A DNA stretch of 64,000 bases from contig JBIKUX010000004.1 in NCBI GenBank assembly GCA_044347345.1, positions 1 to 64,000 of the forward strand. The letters run 5' to 3'. Every line of letters begins with the position of its first letter. Position 1 is the stretch's first letter. A model generated the notes under the pieces. That model saw only the letters and a list, made by a program, of their open reading frames with translations, was not told the DNA's origin and made no database searches. The position numbers and the translations under genes are program-made. This stretch comes from Bdellovibrionota bacterium. Its GTDB lineage: Bacteria > Bdellovibrionota_C > UBA2361 > JBIKUX01. This document shows, piece by piece, positions 20,503 through 30,832 of this stretch.

Positions 20503-21522
20503 TCACCAGAAGTTAGCGATATCTTCAAGCTGCTCTATAATAGTCCTCAGTAAGTCATTGATTCCAGTGCCCGTTACACTTGAGATGCAATAAGAGTGTA
20601 AATCGAACTTTTTGAATAGTAAGATGGCTTCATTTAAATCTGTAGACGAATCAGATTTTGTAAAAACAATAACTTCGGGTTTTTTCGCCAGTTCAGGTGA
20701 AAACCCATCTATTTCCGCTCTTATGGTTCTGTAAGCTGTAAGTAGACCTTCCGGAGTATTCAAATGATTAAGAGGCCCTGTAGCGTCGATAAAGTGTAAG
20801 AGTAATTTAGTTCTCTCTAAATGTTTAAGAAAGGTTATACCTAAACCTTTGCCAATATGAGCTCCCTCAATCAGGCCTGGAATATCAGCAACAACAAAAG
20901 ATTTTCCTTCGTCTACTCTCACCATGCCCAATTGCGGGGTTAGAGTGGTAAATGGATAATCAGCTATTTTAGGTTTTGCGGCAGAAACGCGCGAAATAAA
21001 AGTAGATTTTCCTGCGTTGGGTAATCCTACAATACCAACATCAGCTAATAATTTAAGATTGAGGCGCAACTGCCTTCGCTCTCCAAGCTCACCAGGTTGA
21101 GCAAAATCAGGAGCTTGAAGCGTAGCTTTTTTAAAAAATGAATTTCCTTTTCCACCTCGCCCGCCCTTAAGAACACAAATCTTTTTATTAGGTAAAGTTA
21201 CGTCAGCAAGTAGTTCTTCAGTTTCAGCATCGTAAATTTGCGTACCTAAAGGGACTCGAAGCTCAAGGTCGGTTCCTGATTTTCCATTACGATTATTGCC
21301 ACCACCGGACTCACCTGAATCGGCGTGCCATTTTGGTTGAAAACGAAAGTCCAGTAGAGTGTGAATTCCAGAATCACCGATTACAAAAACCGAGCCTCCA
21401 CGACCACCATTGCCACCATCAGGACCTCCCATTGGTACAAATTTTTCTCGGCGCCAATGTACTGATCCAGCTCCTCCGTCACCAGCAGCAGCATCAATTA
21501 AAACTTCATCGACAAACTTCAT
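20503..21522 (-). CDS. obgE: GTPase ObgE/CgtA
   Basis: FVDEV, GGPDGGNGGRGG, GLPNAGKST, KIADYPFTTL, DIPGLIEGA. Confidence 0.97.
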   Translation of the reverse strand: MKFVDEVLIDAAAGDGGAGSVHWRREKFVPMGGPDGGNGGRGGSVFVIGDSGIHTLLDFRFQPKWHADSGESGGGNNRNGKSGTDLELRVPLGTQIYDAETEELLADVTLPNKKICVLKGGRGGKGNSFFKKATLQAPDFAQPGELGERRQLRLNLKLLADVGIVGLPNAGKSTFISRVSAAKPKIADYPFTTLTPQLGMVRVDEGKSFVVADIPGLIEGAHIGKGLGITFLKHLERTKLLLHFIDATGPLNHLNTPEGLLTAYRTIRAEIDGFSPELAKKPEVIVFTKSDSSTDLNEAILLFKKFDLHSYCISSVTGTGINDLLRTIIEQLEDIANFW

Positions 21523-21530
21523 GCCTCTAT

Positions 21531-23408
21531 TTACCTTTGATTTGTAGATTCTGTTTCACTACGTTCCTGGAGATGCCACATAAAAGTATAGTCGCCATTT
21601 TTTTCTAATAAAGCCTCATGAGTTCCTTGCTCGATGATTTCACCACGCCTCATTACAATAATTTCATCTGCATCGACAATGGTCGAAAGCCTGTGTGCAA
21701 TACTAATTGTTGTTGTGCCCTTAGAAACTTCGCTTAAAGCAGATTGTATTTCCGATTCGGTAGCAGTATCCAGTGACGAAGTCGCCTCATCAAAGATAAA
21801 AATTAGAGGACGCTTTAAGAATACTCGAGCTAGTGCAATTCTTTGTCTTTCTCCTCCAGAAAGCTTTAGTCCTCGCTCACCAACAATTGTATCAAGACCA
21901 GACGGAAGGCGTTTTACAAACTCTTCAGCATGAGCGAGTTTCAGAGCATACCAAAGATCTTTTTCATCAGACTCAGCGTTAGCATATAGAAGATTGTACC
22001 GAATACTTTCATGGAATAACACTGGATCTTGGGAGACAATACCTATTGCTTTGCGTCGAGATGACAATGAGTAATTTTGAATAGGAACGTCATCTATTAA
22101 AATTTCTCCTTCTTGTGGTTGATAGTAACCGAAGAGGAGTCTCGATATTGTCGATTTTCCTGAACCGCTTTCTCCTACTAACGCGATACTCTTACCGGCT
22201 GAAACGGAGAAAGATATATTATGTAAAACTTTAGTACCGTTTGGATAGGAGAATGAAACGTTTTTAAACTCTATCTTACTAGATATCTTGGTGAGGTTGC
22301 GTTGAGAATCTCTCATGTTGATAAGTGATTCGTCATTTGTTTCAGTTTGACTTTTTTCATCTAGGATGGAGAAAAGTGCCTCGATATCAACTAAACCTTG
22401 CTTGATTTCTCGGTATACAAACCCTAAAAAGTTTAACGGTAAGTATAATTGCAGAAGAAAAGTATTAACTAAGACAAAATCCCCAACAGTCATTCCTCCA
22501 GCTACTACCTCCTGAGCGGCAAGCAGCATGACGCCAAAGAGCCCTAAACTTATGATTACTGCCTGACCTGTATTGAGAAATCCGAGTAAACCCTGAGCTC
22601 GTAGAGCTACAGCTTCGTGTTGCGCAAGTGACTGATCATATCTTAATCCTTCAGTTGCTTCACGACTGAAATACTTAACAGTTTCATAGTTAATTAGCGC
22701 ATCAACAGCCCTACTATTAGCTTGACTATCAAGCTCGTTCATAGCTTTTCGAAATGTTGTGCGATATTCAGTGAGAATTATAGAATATGCGATATAGATT
22801 AATACTGTACTGATCGTAATAATGGCGAAACTAGGTGGAAAGTTATAAGCTAAAATAACAGTTACTAATAATACCTCTACAATTGTAGGTATTATATTTA
22901 AGATCATAAAATGCGAAACAAATTGAAGGGCTCTAAATCCTCGCTCTAAGATTCTTGAAACCGCGCCTGTCTTTCGATTGAGATGATAATCAAGATTGAG
23001 AGAAAAAAGTTTATTAAAAACTGATACTAAAAGCTGGCGCTGAGAATAAAATGAAACTCGAGCAAATAAGTAATCTCTTACTTCGTTAGATAATTGAGCA
23101 GCTACTCTTGCTAAACCGTAACTAGCTATTGCTAGGAGTGGAATAGTTGAAGAGCTTAGATTGAGTGATTTAGTGCTTGGCGATATTTGATCGATAGAAT
23201 ATTTAAGCAGGAAAGGGCAAACAACAACAGCGCTTCTTCCAACCAAAAGCCCAATAAAAGCCCCAAACAAATGTAGTCGGTTAGCACTTTGCCAAATAAG
23301 AGCGCTTAGACGGTAGGCTACTAATCGATGATTAACTGGCGGGTTGTTTTTGGGAGCTGATACGATTGAGACTTCCTCTTTTTTATTATGACCGCCTGAG
23401 CTCTTCAA
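21531..23408 (-). CDS. ATM1/ABCB7-type ABC half-transporter (permease plus ATPase)
   Basis: HL.RKTG, DALINYETVKYF, QLYLPLNFLGFVYREIKQ, Walker A GESGSGKS, LSGGERQR, DEATSSLD. Confidence 0.93.
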   Translation of the reverse strand: MKSSGGHNKKEEVSIVSAPKNNPPVNHRLVAYRLSALIWQSANRLHLFGAFIGLLVGRSAVVVCPFLLKYSIDQISPSTKSLNLSSSTIPLLAIASYGLARVAAQLSNEVRDYLFARVSFYSQRQLLVSVFNKLFSLNLDYHLNRKTGAVSRILERGFRALQFVSHFMILNIIPTIVEVLLVTVILAYNFPPSFAIITISTVLIYIAYSIILTEYRTTFRKAMNELDSQANSRAVDALINYETVKYFSREATEGLRYDQSLAQHEAVALRAQGLLGFLNTGQAVIISLGLFGVMLLAAQEVVAGGMTVGDFVLVNTFLLQLYLPLNFLGFVYREIKQGLVDIEALFSILDEKSQTETNDESLINMRDSQRNLTKISSKIEFKNVSFSYPNGTKVLHNISFSVSAGKSIALVGESGSGKSTISRLLFGYYQPQEGEILIDDVPIQNYSLSSRRKAIGIVSQDPVLFHESIRYNLLYANAESDEKDLWYALKLAHAEEFVKRLPSGLDTIVGERGLKLSGGERQRIALARVFLKRPLIFIFDEATSSLDTATESEIQSALSEVSKGTTTISIAHRLSTIVDADEIIVMRRGEIIEQGTHEALLEKNGDYTFMWHLQERSETESTNQR

Positions 23409-23435
23409 TAAATCCCCTTTAAGTTTTTGGGAACA

Positions 23436-23693
23436 TTATTCCGTGATGACTGGCACAATTTCAACTCTAGCTCGCTTACCCGGAACGAACTTGACTGTAC
23501 CGTCAACCAAGGCGAATAGAGTAAAGTCTCTTCCTAGTCCAACGTTACGACCTGCATGAAAAGTACTACCGCGCTGCCTTACAATAATGTTGCCAGCTTG
23601 CACCTTCTCTCCGCCGAATTTTTTTACTCCCAGACGTTGACCCTTGCTATCTCTACCGTTTCTGGTACTCCCACCAGCTTTTTTATGTGCCAT
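23436..23693 (-). CDS. rpmA: 50S ribosomal protein L27
   Basis: [23 protein letters not shown]. Confidence 0.98.
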   Translation of the reverse strand: MAHKKAGGSTRNGRDSKGQRLGVKKFGGEKVQAGNIIVRQRGSTFHAGRNVGLGRDFTLFALVDGTVKFVPGKRARVEIVPVITE

Positions 23694-23733
23694 TTGTTAA
23701 CTCTTTAAATATTTTACCTGAAATTTGGATACT

Positions 23734-24153
23734 TTATACAGCTATTCTCTCAATAAGAATCTCTGTCTGTTCTTGTCTATGCCCTTTCTTAAGCGTGTAA
23801 CGGCTTCTTTGTCTTTTTTTAAATATAATTACTTTTTTACCACGAAAGTGCCTTACAACAGTAGCTCTAACTGAAGCTCCGGTTACAAAAGGTGCTCCAA
23901 TTATGCGTGGGGCTGATTCATCTGAAGTATCTCCAATTAGAAGCACATCTTCTAAGGCTACCTCTTCTCCTACGGGAACATTAATTCGGTCGATTGTGAT
24001 CTTGCTACCTGATCTAACAGTGTACTGCTTACCTTTGGCTCGTACAACTGCATAGTGAAGCTCTCCGTAGTTTTGACTCGTTGACACAGTACCTTTAGCT
24101 ACTTCTTGAGTGGTAGCTACTCTTTCATTTTTTTTTGCTGAATCTTCAGTCAT
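23734..24153 (-). CDS. rplU: 50S ribosomal protein L21 with N-terminal extension
   Basis: YAVVRAKGKQY.V, IGAPFV.GA.V, KVIIFKK, GHRQ..T. The ATG at 24153 follows GGAGG. Confidence 0.95.
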   Translation of the reverse strand: MTEDSAKKNERVATTQEVAKGTVSTSQNYGELHYAVVRAKGKQYTVRSGSKITIDRINVPVGEEVALEDVLLIGDTSDESAPRIIGAPFVTGASVRATVVRHFRGKKVIIFKKRQRSRYTLKKGHRQEQTEILIERIAV

Positions 24154-24624
24154 AAATGCCTCCAAGGTGTAAAAGTTTGTTTAAGTTTGACTTGTGCCGT
24201 TACTTTGTGGATTTCCGTGCGAACCTACTACTTTATATTTTGCCTTATACCTTAAAACTGATTGTGGTTAGGCTTACTCTATGGTTGGTTTCTTTAATTT
24301 TTATTTTGTGCTGCAATTATTTTTAGATTTCTTTCCTACAACCGGCCTAGAACATTACATTACCCCGGCGTTTTAAGCAACTAGCGGTTAACTAACTAAT
24401 ACTCGCCGATTTCAAGGATACAGTGTATTAGGGGTCAGCGTAGCAGAAGTATGTTTATTGAGAACGGGAGAAGGGTAAATTACGAGAGTATTAAAAGTTT
24501 TGGTTAGTAACGGCTTGATTAAGAAGTAAGAACAGATTGTAGGTGCATAGACTGAGAGAAGATGCTAGACTGCCAAGACTTATACAAGTTTATTTTTAGG
24601 CTGCGACTTTAAACTGTAGACGCG

Positions 24625-25344
24625 ATGAGAGGAGACGGGTTGGAGCAGAAAGGTCTTAAGTGCGCTAGTTACGTTATTGCGATAATAGATGACGACGAGT
24701 CAATCCGTAGAAGTCTAACCTTAAACCTTGAGCTTGAGGGGTTTGCTGTGGTGTCTGCGTCTGATGGTGGAGCAGGGGTTGAGCTCATAAGAGCAGAGAA
24801 TCCTGATCTAATCATTCTTGATGTTGTAATGCCAAATCGCGACGGCCTTCAAACTTGCCGAGAGCTTAGGAATGGCGGTGTATCAACACCGCTTATTTTG
24901 CTTACTCAAAAAAGTGATGCTGTCGATAAGGTGTTGGGCTTGGAGTTAGGAGCTGACGATTACGTAGCAAAACCTTTTGAGATGTCTGAGCTTATTGCGC
25001 GCGTAAAGGCTCTTCTTAGACGAGCTCAACCGTTTTCTGCTGTAAACAGAATCAAGTTCTCTGATGTCATAGTAGACTTTAAAGCTTACCGAGCAGAGCG
25101 TAATCAGCAACCTCTTGAATTGTCGGCTCGAGAGTATCGGTTGCTCAGATATCTTGTCGCAAAGCAAGGTAATGTAGTGACACGTGATGAGCTTTTAGAT
25201 GAAGTTTGGGGTTACAATTCGTATCCCACCACAAGAACAGTAGACAATCACATTGCCAGATTAAGGCAAAAAATTGAAGAGAACGTCGAACGTCCACGTC
25301 ATATATTAACAGTGCACGGTGTAGGCTATAAATTCGTAGCTTGA
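24625..25344 (+). CDS. OmpR/PhoB-family response regulator (no adjacent kinase)
   Basis: IIDDD, LILDVVMP, LGADDYVAKPF, wHTH with LSAREY.LL, TRTVDNHIARLRQK, TVHGVGYKF. Confidence 0.95.
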   Translation: MRGDGLEQKGLKCASYVIAIIDDDESIRRSLTLNLELEGFAVVSASDGGAGVELIRAENPDLIILDVVMPNRDGLQTCRELRNGGVSTPLILLTQKSDAVDKVLGLELGADDYVAKPFEMSELIARVKALLRRAQPFSAVNRIKFSDVIVDFKAYRAERNQQPLELSAREYRLLRYLVAKQGNVVTRDELLDEVWGYNSYPTTRTVDNHIARLRQKIEENVERPRHILTVHGVGYKFVA

Positions 25345-25448
25345 ATCTAGCTATTTTTGATCAGTAATTTTTGTAAGATAAATTAATTTTTTTATAAACC
25401 CACGATATTAGGGCTAGATTTTTCGACTATTTAGGTTAAACTTTGTGT

Positions 25449-25485
25449 CAAAGTTGTAACAAAGTTGCATCGAGTTTGTGACAAA
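25449..25485 (+). promoter_or_regulatory. 11-bp-period direct repeats, candidate winged-helix regulator binding site
   Basis: CAAAGTTGTAA / CAAAGTTGCAT / CGAGTTTGTGA / CAAA, in intergenic DNA. Confidence 0.4.
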
Positions 25486-25586
25486 TAGAATCATAAAAGT
25501 GACTGCTTTCGTTGAAAAGCTCATTAAAGTGGTTGACTGTTTGTTTTAGGTAAAAACTCATAACCCCGATGCGCAGACGAGGTACT

Positions 25587-25859
25587 ATGGATGCAGTTGA
25601 AAAAACCTCAATTTTATGTGACGAGTTGGCAGAGTTGCTTGGGGAATATGTTGACGGAGATCTTCCGTTTAGCATGAAGAATCGGTTAAGTCAGCATTTG
25701 CAAAGTTGTTCAGAGTGTAGAAACCTGCACCGCAACTATCAAAGAACAATTCAGATAGCGTCTTTATTGAAGGACAAGCCAATGCCGGAAGGCGCAAAAG
25801 AAAGATTAGCTGAAGGGCTTAACAAGCGTCTAGGATTAAATCTAGCTTTTTTTAAGTAG
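25587..25859 (+). CDS. Small soluble zf-HC2 (ZAS) anti-sigma-like protein
   Basis: C.E..ELL.EYVDGDL...HLQSCSEC (HxxxCxxC). The ATG at 25587 follows GAGG. Confidence 0.85.
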   Translation: MDAVEKTSILCDELAELLGEYVDGDLPFSMKNRLSQHLQSCSECRNLHRNYQRTIQIASLLKDKPMPEGAKERLAEGLNKRLGLNLAFFK

Positions 25860-25973
25860 CTCAATTTCCCCTCAGTAGCTGTGTGTATAAGTCGTTTATT
25901 AGTCTTGCCACATAAGGTACATAGTCCTAGGTAGAAGGCTTAACAGAATTCATAGTTCTTACTGGAAGCTACG

Positions 25974-26399
25974 ATGAATAAAGACGCGTTAAAAAAAAAG
26001 TTATCACCTTTACAATATAAGGTAACGCAAGAAAAAGGGACTGAAGCCCCATTTGATAATGAATACTGGGATAATAAGCGGAGTGGCCTTTACGTTGATG
26101 TAGTTACGGGAGAGCCGCTTTTTTCTTCGATTGATAAATTCGACTCCGGTACTGGCTGGCCAAGTTTTACAAAGCCTCTCAACCAAAAAGCAGTTAGTGA
26201 AATAGCTGATAATTCTCACGGCATGAAAAGGATTGAAGTAGTTTCTACTAAGGGTGGTACCCACCTTGGTCATGTATTCTCTGATGGACCTAAACCTCTA
26301 GGGATGCGGTATTGCATCAATTCAGCTTCTTTACGCTTTATACCTTTAGAAGACTTAGATAAAGAAGGTTACAGCGATTACGTTTCTATTTTTTTGTGA
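25974..26399 (+). CDS. msrB: Peptide-methionine (R)-S-oxide reductase MsrB
   Basis: [40 protein letters not shown]. Confidence 0.97.
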   Translation: MNKDALKKKLSPLQYKVTQEKGTEAPFDNEYWDNKRSGLYVDVVTGEPLFSSIDKFDSGTGWPSFTKPLNQKAVSEIADNSHGMKRIEVVSTKGGTHLGHVFSDGPKPLGMRYCINSASLRFIPLEDLDKEGYSDYVSIFL

Positions 26400-26481
26400 T
26401 CACAATTCTGTAACTACCAATAGATTCTTTTTGACCAACACTAGGAAATGGTTTAGGGGTGCAATGATTCTGGTGGTGCAG

Positions 26482-26511
26482 GGTGAAAAAACCTTTTATG
26501 GTTTTTCCACC
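26482..26511 (-). terminator. 12-bp stem-loop between the convergent msrB and GH5 genes
   Basis: Minus strand GGTGGAAAAACC-ATAAAA-GGTTTTTTCACC (one G-U pair), just past the GH5 stop; no clear U-tract. Confidence 0.5.
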
Positions 26512-26519
26512 GCGACTCC

Positions 26520-27623
26520 TTAAGAATTGCGCTTGAAGAAATTTTCAAACATTCTTTGTCTATCTGTAATGACGGCACTCGGATTGGGATCATTTAAATT
26601 ATCAGTATGTTCCATACTCCAGATATCAGCTTCCCTCCAAGCATGATTTGCCCAATCCCACCTATTTTTTTCGAATATATTGATACTATCTCTAAGGTAA
26701 TTTAAGGCACCCTGTTTAGGAGCCCAACGAGGAGCGGCAAATTCTCCAGCAATTATGCTTACTCCCTTATTTTTACGCACAAACTTTACTGCTCCTTGAA
26801 CACTTTTAGCTAAAGCATTGCGATTAAATTTCCCTTTAGGATAGGGGACATTTGCGAGTCTACCATTTAGACCTTGATTTCGGAACTGGCTTGTAAAGTA
26901 AGAGTGAAAACTGTATGCCACGTTAGTATCTTTGATTGGCCGTAAGGAGCGAAAAAGATCTGGGTTGCCGTAAACTGGTTCGATAACAATTTTTTGAGTT
27001 GGAGCAGCAGCTCTCACTATGGCCACAAGCTCCTGTGCTAAGGTGTTCCATTGATCAAAACCTACCTTCGATCGTGAACCTATTGCCGGCTCGTTTAGGA
27101 GATCAAATCCGTAGATGGCTTTGCTGTCACGGTATCTTGTGGCTATTTCTTGCCAGACAGTTTTTATTCTGTTACGAAACGCATCGTCATTAAACACTCG
27201 ATGCGTTGCTGGAGCTGTTCGAGAAGAGAATCCTCCAGGAGGGGTGTGAAGTACTAAAAGTATCTTCATATTTAGGGCTTCTGCTTGGTTGACCAATTGG
27301 TCGACAAATTGTAACCGGTTTGCAAGCCACGTATCATACTCCTGTAATGTGGCAGTGTCTGCTGGTCCAGCCCATATAATCTGATAAGCTATAAAATTAG
27401 CTCCAAGTGCGGCTAGATCCTGAATGTCTTTAAGCGATTCACCTGCGTACGACATTCCTCTAAAATTGGTTTTAGTGTTTTTTGATTTAAAATTTTTGGT
27501 TGTAACCGTATTAGAGTAACTTCGTTCATCAGCGTAAGCTGGTTTAGTGAAACATGAACATACGAGGGTAGCAAAAAATAAGCCGGTTAAAGTGAGGGAG
27601 CGGAGCACCGTGTTATGATTCAT
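26520..27623 (-). CDS. Exported glycoside hydrolase family 5 (cellulase superfamily)
   Basis: Signal peptide (AYA-D), LVLHTPPG, W..IATRY, FDLLNEP (acid/base Glu), YSFHSY, AGEF (nucleophile Glu). Confidence 0.85.
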   Translation of the reverse strand: MNHNTVLRSLTLTGLFFATLVCSCFTKPAYADERSYSNTVTTKNFKSKNTKTNFRGMSYAGESLKDIQDLAALGANFIAYQIIWAGPADTATLQEYDTWLANRLQFVDQLVNQAEALNMKILLVLHTPPGGFSSRTAPATHRVFNDDAFRNRIKTVWQEIATRYRDSKAIYGFDLLNEPAIGSRSKVGFDQWNTLAQELVAIVRAAAPTQKIVIEPVYGNPDLFRSLRPIKDTNVAYSFHSYFTSQFRNQGLNGRLANVPYPKGKFNRNALAKSVQGAVKFVRKNKGVSIIAGEFAAPRWAPKQGALNYLRDSINIFEKNRWDWANHAWREADIWSMEHTDNLNDPNPSAVITDRQRMFENFFKRNS

Positions 27624-27855
27624 TGTAGCTACTCTATTTTATTCGACAATTGAAAAAAGTATACCATCAACACCTTTACTATTTGAAATAGGTTATTTCG
27701 TATTTATTCAGTGATTAGTTGATAAAATTTTGTAACGGTTTATTTTTCTTTGTAGAAGTTAGTTCCAAGGATAGCATCGTTATTTATGGTAATAAGGTTA
27801 TAATCCATTTATTTTTGGTCTACCTAAGAGCGCCAAAAATTTAAGTAGGAGAGAT

Positions 27856-30711
27856 GTGGACCAAGTAGCAAAATCCGAGCAAGTAACTAAAACCCCTCTT
27901 GAGCAAACCAATATTTCGAATCGAATTTATATCGTTGATGGCTCTGGTTATATTTTTCGTGCTTTTTATGCTGTGCCTCCACTGACAGCTCCGAGTGGGT
28001 TACCAACTAATGCTCTGTTTGGTTTCTCTCGAATGTTGCTTAAGCTACTCGGTGTAGCTGGGAGAGATCCGGTAATTGTGGTCTTTGATGCTGGTCGAGC
28101 CACCTTTCGTACCGATTTGTATCCCGAGTATAAGATGAATCGAGGAGAGTGCCCTAATGAGTTAGTGCCCCAACTGCCCTTTTTTGTCGAGGTTGTCGCT
28201 GCTTTGGGTTTACCGGCGTTAAAAGCGAATGGGTATGAAGCCGATGATGTAATCGGGACTTTAGTAGAGAATTATTGCAAGGCTGACGAGCACGAAGTAG
28301 TAGTAGTTACGGCTGATAAAGATTTAGCTCAGTTAGTTGCGCCTCACGTTAAACTATGGGACACGATGCGAGACCAATGGTTAGACGAAGACGGCGTTCG
28401 TCAAAAATTTGGTGTTAGTCCCCCTCTTATTCCAGAACTTCTTGCATTAACTGGGGACTCTTCCGACAATATACCAGGAGTACCTGGTGTTGGTCCGAAA
28501 ACTGCTTTAGCACTGTTGCAGCGGTTTGCCTCGGTGGCTGATATTTTAGGCCGAACTAATGAATTAAGAACTAGTAAAGATATTCGTGGGCGTGAAAAAT
28601 TTGCCGATTTTATTGAAGCAAATCCCGAAGTTTTAAAGCTTTCTCGCAAGTTAGTAGAGATTAATCGACAAGTTCCATCCGATAAAATTGTTGTTGCACT
28701 GCCGGATAATGGTGCTATTTTTCTCGATCAATATGGAGTGTATGATTTACTTAAAAGACAGTTACCAATTTGGGATGCAGTTCGGGCTCTATCGGCTAGA
28801 TTAGGTTTTAGTGATTTTGAGCGCGACGTTACTCAAGTGACAAACAGTCTCGAGGGTACTCTAAAATTTGCTAGTACTGAGTCTCCGCCATTAAGCTGTA
28901 TAACAGTCTTAGCTGATAAATTTGCTGAATTTGGCACCTGTTTATCTAGTGTAAAAAGCTTCGCATTTGACCTTGAAACTTCTTCTCTTGAAGTAGCGTC
29001 AGCTAAGATTGTTGGAGTAGCGATAGCGTGGGAAGATTCAACAGGATATTATATTCCTATTTCTCATGAGGACAAATCGGGAACTTTAATTTCAGGTCAA
29101 GTGTCTTGGGATGAATTTTTAGCAGTATTTGCGCCAATTTTAAGAGATAATGCTCGTACCATTTTTGGCCAAAACTTAAAATTTGATATAGCTGTTTGTG
29201 CCAGTAACTCTCTTATTATTGAGGCTAATCTTTTTGATACCATGATAGCCGCCTATTTACTTAGACCTGATGCGCGGCGATATAGTCTTGATGTTCTAGT
29301 TCGAGATTATCTTGGGGATAATTTTGAACTAGGGGATTTTAAGGCAATTACTGATGACGATAATAATTTCTCTAAGGTGTCCATAGATAGCGCTACCACT
29401 TACGCTGCTATGGATGCTTTAGCGACTTGGCGTCTGGCATCGTTATTTTTGACTCAGTTGGATAAAGAGGGTCTTGCAAAAGTTTTTTATGAAATAGAGA
29501 TGCCGATAGTCCCTATTTTGAGTGACTTAGAAAGGCGTGGCATGTTGATAGATAGATCTTATCTAGCAAATTTGAGTTGTGAGTTCGCAGAAAAATTAAC
29601 TGCTATGCAGGAACAAATTTTTGCTGCAGCAGGTCACTCTTTTAATATAAATTCCCCAAAGCAATTATCGCAGGTTTTATTTGATGAGTTAAAGATAGCC
29701 ACAAAAGGATTAAAGCGAACAAAAGGGGGTGTTATATCTACTGATTCATCTGTGCTTGAGAGGCTTGCGCAATTACATCCGTCTCATCCATTACCAAAGG
29801 CAATAATTGAATATCGAACCCTTCAGAAGCTCAAGAGCACTTATGTTGACCCTCTTCCGCAACAGGTATCTGCTTTAACAGGTCGCTTGCACACTAGACT
29901 TCATCAGACTACCACTGGTACTGGTCGGCTATCATCCTCCGAGCCTAATCTTCAGAACATACCAATTCAAAGTTATGAAGGTCAAAGAATTAGACGAGCC
30001 TTTATTGCACCTAGTGGTAAAGTGCTTATCTCAGCGGATTATTCTCAGATAGAGCTACGAGTCCTTGCTCATTTAAGTGGTGATGCCTTATTGCGTGATG
30101 CATTTTTAAATGACCGAGACATCCATGAACAAACAGCTAGAGAAATCTTAAATAAGTCTGAAGCTGACACAATTTCACCGCAGGAGCGTCGCTTGGGTAA
30201 AGTAATTAACTTTGGGGTAGTCTACGGCATGAGTCCTTTTAGGCTTGGTAGAGAGTTAGACATCCCTGTTTCTGATGCATCCTTTTACATAGACGCTTTT
30301 TTTCAGAAATACAGCGGTGTAAAGAGGTTTTTTGATGAAGTAGTGAAAAATGCTGAAGAGACAGGAGAAGTAACTACTATGTTTGGGCGTAGGAGGTTAC
30401 TGTCAGATGTTGATGCAAGTGACCGAGATAAAGGGTTTCTTAATCGCGTTGCTATGAACGCTCCGGTTCAAGGGTCTGCCGCAGATATTATAAAACTGGC
30501 AATGATAAGGGTGAATGATGTGCTTAAACCATTTTTGCCTGATGTTCAAATGATATTACAAATTCACGATGAGCTTTTATTTGAATCGGAGACCTGTAAG
30601 GTAGAAGTGGTGTTACCAGTTATTATAAGTACTATGGAAAAAGCTGTGGAACTAAGTGTGCCGTTAAAAGTTGAAGTAGCAGTGGGTTCCAATTGGATGG
30701 ACGTACAGTAG
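27856..30711 (+). CDS. polA: DNA polymerase I
   Basis: 5'-3' exonuclease (VDGS..FRAFYA, EADDVIG, GDSSDNIPGV), 3'-5' exonuclease (FDLET), polymerase (TGRLSS.EPNLQNIP, ADYSQIELR, NFG.VYG, QIHDEL). Confidence 0.98.
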   Translation: MDQVAKSEQVTKTPLEQTNISNRIYIVDGSGYIFRAFYAVPPLTAPSGLPTNALFGFSRMLLKLLGVAGRDPVIVVFDAGRATFRTDLYPEYKMNRGECPNELVPQLPFFVEVVAALGLPALKANGYEADDVIGTLVENYCKADEHEVVVVTADKDLAQLVAPHVKLWDTMRDQWLDEDGVRQKFGVSPPLIPELLALTGDSSDNIPGVPGVGPKTALALLQRFASVADILGRTNELRTSKDIRGREKFADFIEANPEVLKLSRKLVEINRQVPSDKIVVALPDNGAIFLDQYGVYDLLKRQLPIWDAVRALSARLGFSDFERDVTQVTNSLEGTLKFASTESPPLSCITVLADKFAEFGTCLSSVKSFAFDLETSSLEVASAKIVGVAIAWEDSTGYYIPISHEDKSGTLISGQVSWDEFLAVFAPILRDNARTIFGQNLKFDIAVCASNSLIIEANLFDTMIAAYLLRPDARRYSLDVLVRDYLGDNFELGDFKAITDDDNNFSKVSIDSATTYAAMDALATWRLASLFLTQLDKEGLAKVFYEIEMPIVPILSDLERRGMLIDRSYLANLSCEFAEKLTAMQEQIFAAAGHSFNINSPKQLSQVLFDELKIATKGLKRTKGGVISTDSSVLERLAQLHPSHPLPKAIIEYRTLQKLKSTYVDPLPQQVSALTGRLHTRLHQTTTGTGRLSSSEPNLQNIPIQSYEGQRIRRAFIAPSGKVLISADYSQIELRVLAHLSGDALLRDAFLNDRDIHEQTAREILNKSEADTISPQERRLGKVINFGVVYGMSPFRLGRELDIPVSDASFYIDAFFQKYSGVKRFFDEVVKNAEETGEVTTMFGRRRLLSDVDASDRDKGFLNRVAMNAPVQGSAADIIKLAMIRVNDVLKPFLPDVQMILQIHDELLFESETCKVEVVLPVIISTMEKAVELSVPLKVEVAVGSNWMDVQ

Positions 30712-30832
30712 AAGACATAGTTAGGTTAGATAAATTAACAAATGATGCTTATATAAAGATGCCAATTTAATAGACGGATTTAGTTATAAATAAATTGGCC
30801 AAAATAAAATAGATTTCACAATAAAATCAATC

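Noticed and set aside
24166-24624. Hidden ncRNA or riboswitch in the rplU/regulator intergenic region
   Set aside because: No recognisable Rfam-like motif or convincing long stem by eye; consistent with divergent promoters. An Infernal scan would be needed to exclude it.
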